From assembly GCF_006345805.1 (NCBI RefSeq), contig NC_043024.1, positions 16,306,001 through 16,370,000 of the forward strand: 64,000 nt of DNA, given 5' to 3'. Below the pieces are notes generated by a model. That model ran no database searches, had not been told where the DNA came from, and was given only the letters and a program-made list of their open reading frames with translations. Numbering within the stretch: the first letter of the stretch is position 1; every line of letters begins with the position of its first letter. Origin of the DNA: Octopus sinensis (Eukaryota). Position numbers and translations under genes: made by a program. Shown here one piece after another: positions 61,792 to 64,000 of the stretch.

Positions 61792-62784
61792 CAACAATTG
61801 AGGGTAAAATTAATTAGTTATTAATCAATTTCACCAAGTATTCAGTATGTAAAAGGACCATTTAAGGCGAATTCAAAATATTACATTATATAAAAGGGCT
61901 TAGTAAAATAAATTACTTTGCCACATACTGAACTCATTAGAAATAGCAGCCCAAAAAGTTTTTTTAGCTATTTCTAATACTTAAAGAAAATTTCTCTCAG
62001 ATAGTGTTTACTCAGAATAACCCACGAAGGTATGGGGGTAAAAAACATTAAAAAATCACAAGTGCAAAGATTATTTGAGAACGTTACGTTTCTAGATCAG
62101 CCAAATAAAATTCGACATTTCTTTCGTCAGCCCAAAATTTCTTAATTTGGATTTGGAAACACTGAAAGTAGGAACATACCCTTTTGGCGACTTAACACCT
62201 CAGATGACCCGTTCAAACTGACAGTGCCAACAAATTCAAAATATGCAAGCGAAGAATTCCTGCTCTCCCCTTCCACCACGTGGGCTAAACTAGCAAACAC
62301 CATATTTTAGCGGTGAAAACCAAGGCAATAAACAGAGAGAAATGAATTATAATTTCAACAATTGAGGGTAAAATTAATTAGTTATTAATCAATTTCACCA
62401 AGTATTCAGTATGTAAAAGGACCATTTAAGGCGAATTCAAAATATTACATTATATAAAAGGGCTTAGTAAAATAAATTACTTTGCCACATACTGAACTCA
62501 TTAGAAATAGCAGCCAAAAAAGTTTTTTTAGCTATTTCTAATACTTAAAGAAAATTTCTCTCAGATAGTGTTTACTCAGAATAACCCACGTAACGTTCTC
62601 AAATAATCTTTGCACTTGTGATTTTTTAATGTTTTTTACCCCCATACCTTCGTGGGTTATTCTGAGTAAACACTATCTGAGAGAAATTTTCTTTAAGTAT
62701 TAGAAATAGCTAAAAAAACTTTTTGGGCTGCTATTTCTAATGAGTTCAGTATGTGGCAAAGTAATTTATTTTACTAAGCCCTTT

Positions 62785-62792
<8 letters not shown>
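61789..62792 (-). mobile_element. Hammerhead-bearing head-to-tail unit, period 564 bp, plus terminal inversion
   Basis: 61789-62026 recurs at 62353-62590. 62588-62792 is the reverse complement of 61885-62089. Confidence 0.85.
62074..62136 (-). ncRNA. Type I hammerhead, canonical core, GUU triplet
   Basis: TTTGGG | CTGACGA | A-AGA..GTCGAA-TTTTA-TTTGGC..TCT-A | GAAA | CGT-A-ACG-T-T | CTCAAA. Predicted cut between 62080 and 62079. Confidence 0.82.
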
Positions 62793-62824
<32 letters not shown>

Positions 62825-63093
62825 CACATATATATATATATACATATACAAGATAAGAAAATGGAGAAATACATCAAAATCAAATATCAATTACCAGATA
62901 ATACTCAATCACATACTTTATTAAACCACCACATAAGAGACTGTAGGGTTAAATATAAAAAGCAGAACAAATCAGTGTACATAAAGGAATGTACATAAAA
63001 AAGTGTACATAAAAGAGTAATGTTGTATAATAATTAGAATATATATAAAAAAGAATATAAATACAAGTAAGTATAAATATAAGTATAAATTAG

Positions 63094-63220
63094 ATCTTAC
63101 AGCTGTTTCGGCCATGTCGATAAGTATGTTTCATTTTACCAATATTGGCCCTTTATGGTTGGTCAATATATAGATATAAATGAGACATTAACAAAAATAT
63201 CACAAGGCCTCTTCGGAAAT
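63094..63220 (-). ncRNA. Hammerhead-like motif with C4 core (CCGAAGA) and a stem II insert of about 90 nt
   Basis: ATTT | CCGAAGA | GGCC..GGCC | GAAA | CAGCTG-T-A | AGAT. ACAGCTGT palindrome. Confidence 0.6.
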
Positions 63221-63782
63221 TATGTAATATAACACAGTCTACACATATACCCACATGGGTGTGGGTGCGTACCCACAATACAACATATATATATATACGT
63301 ATGAGTGCATATAATCACACTCCTATACATATAAAAAAATATACATTTACATAATGATATAAATAAATAATATAAATTAGTAAACATATATATGTTCCAC
63401 ACCCAATGTCTCAGTTTTTCGACTTAATATTGTGATAATAAACATACACAAATTAATACCTAGATGCAAATATACATAGTCAATAGTACATTATATTACT
63501 TCATAATAGTTTCCAAAGTGTCATTAAAGTTAGTATCATTATCGTTGTCAATACAATTAATGTTATCATTGTTATCATTCATAATATTATTAATAACTCT
63601 TACATTATGATCCAGAGCAGAAATATGTATGTCCGTGTTCCAGTTAATAATTTTCCTTATGGCATAAATATACTATTGGATTGAATTTAAATTATCATTA
63701 TCTTCCTCACGGTTAGTCAATTGAGAACCGCCCAACCTCCACCACACCGTACAGGCAAAACATACACATCCACATCTAACCC

Positions 63783-63825
<43 letters not shown>

Positions 63826-63917
63826 GGTCCCGGGTTGAGTCGGGGTTAACCACAGTAAATAAGGTACTCAATACATAGCAGAGTAAATTAATTTATTTTA
63901 TAGAAGGAGCTTCTACA

Positions 63918-64000
63918 GGACTAGAACTGTTTCATTCAAAAGAAATCATCAGGAGCCCAGACTTCCTGATGATTTCTTTTGAATGAAACAGTTCTAGTCC
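63918..64000. repeat. 37-bp inverted repeat; each arm carries a hammerhead core without a visible stem I
   Basis: CTGATGA-T-TTC-TTTT-GAA-T-GAAA-C..G-T-C in both arms. The right arm runs off the window edge. Confidence 0.6.

Noticed and set aside
60894-61824. 307-aa and 203-aa repetitive ORFs
   Set aside because: Products of the GC-rich array of about 60 bp in an RTE 3' UTR; open in several frames and on both strands.

Overview
Gene-poor, repeat-saturated animal DNA, very probably an octopus (cephalopod) intron or intergenic region. The taxon is inferred from the tRNA-headed SINE families, RTE LINE relics and extreme (TA)n/(CA)n/(GAT)n density. I recognise no intact host gene; most ORF-track entries are microsatellite or SINE artefacts. 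Coding relics I can read: Gypsy integrase, Penelope-like (PLE) linker plus GIY-YIG endonuclease, several RTE LINEs (two with inverted 5' halves), CR1-like and L1/Tx1 RT fragments, mariner and DD37D (maT-like) transposases, a hAT transposase, and two Helitron-like ends. The main signal is RNA structure. The short AT-rich tandem and inverted repeats lying in (TA)n tracts carry type I hammerhead ribozyme (HHR) motifs: about 15 well-formed motifs at 13 loci on both strands, plus relics. They show co-varying stems, palindromic stem III, and non-standard cores (G3-C8, U3-A8, C4). Several sit in head-to-tail units of about 430-570 bp that resemble retrozymes or non-autonomous PLEs. All structures were paired by eye. 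None has been folded computationally or tested for cleavage. Boundaries of decayed elements are approximate.
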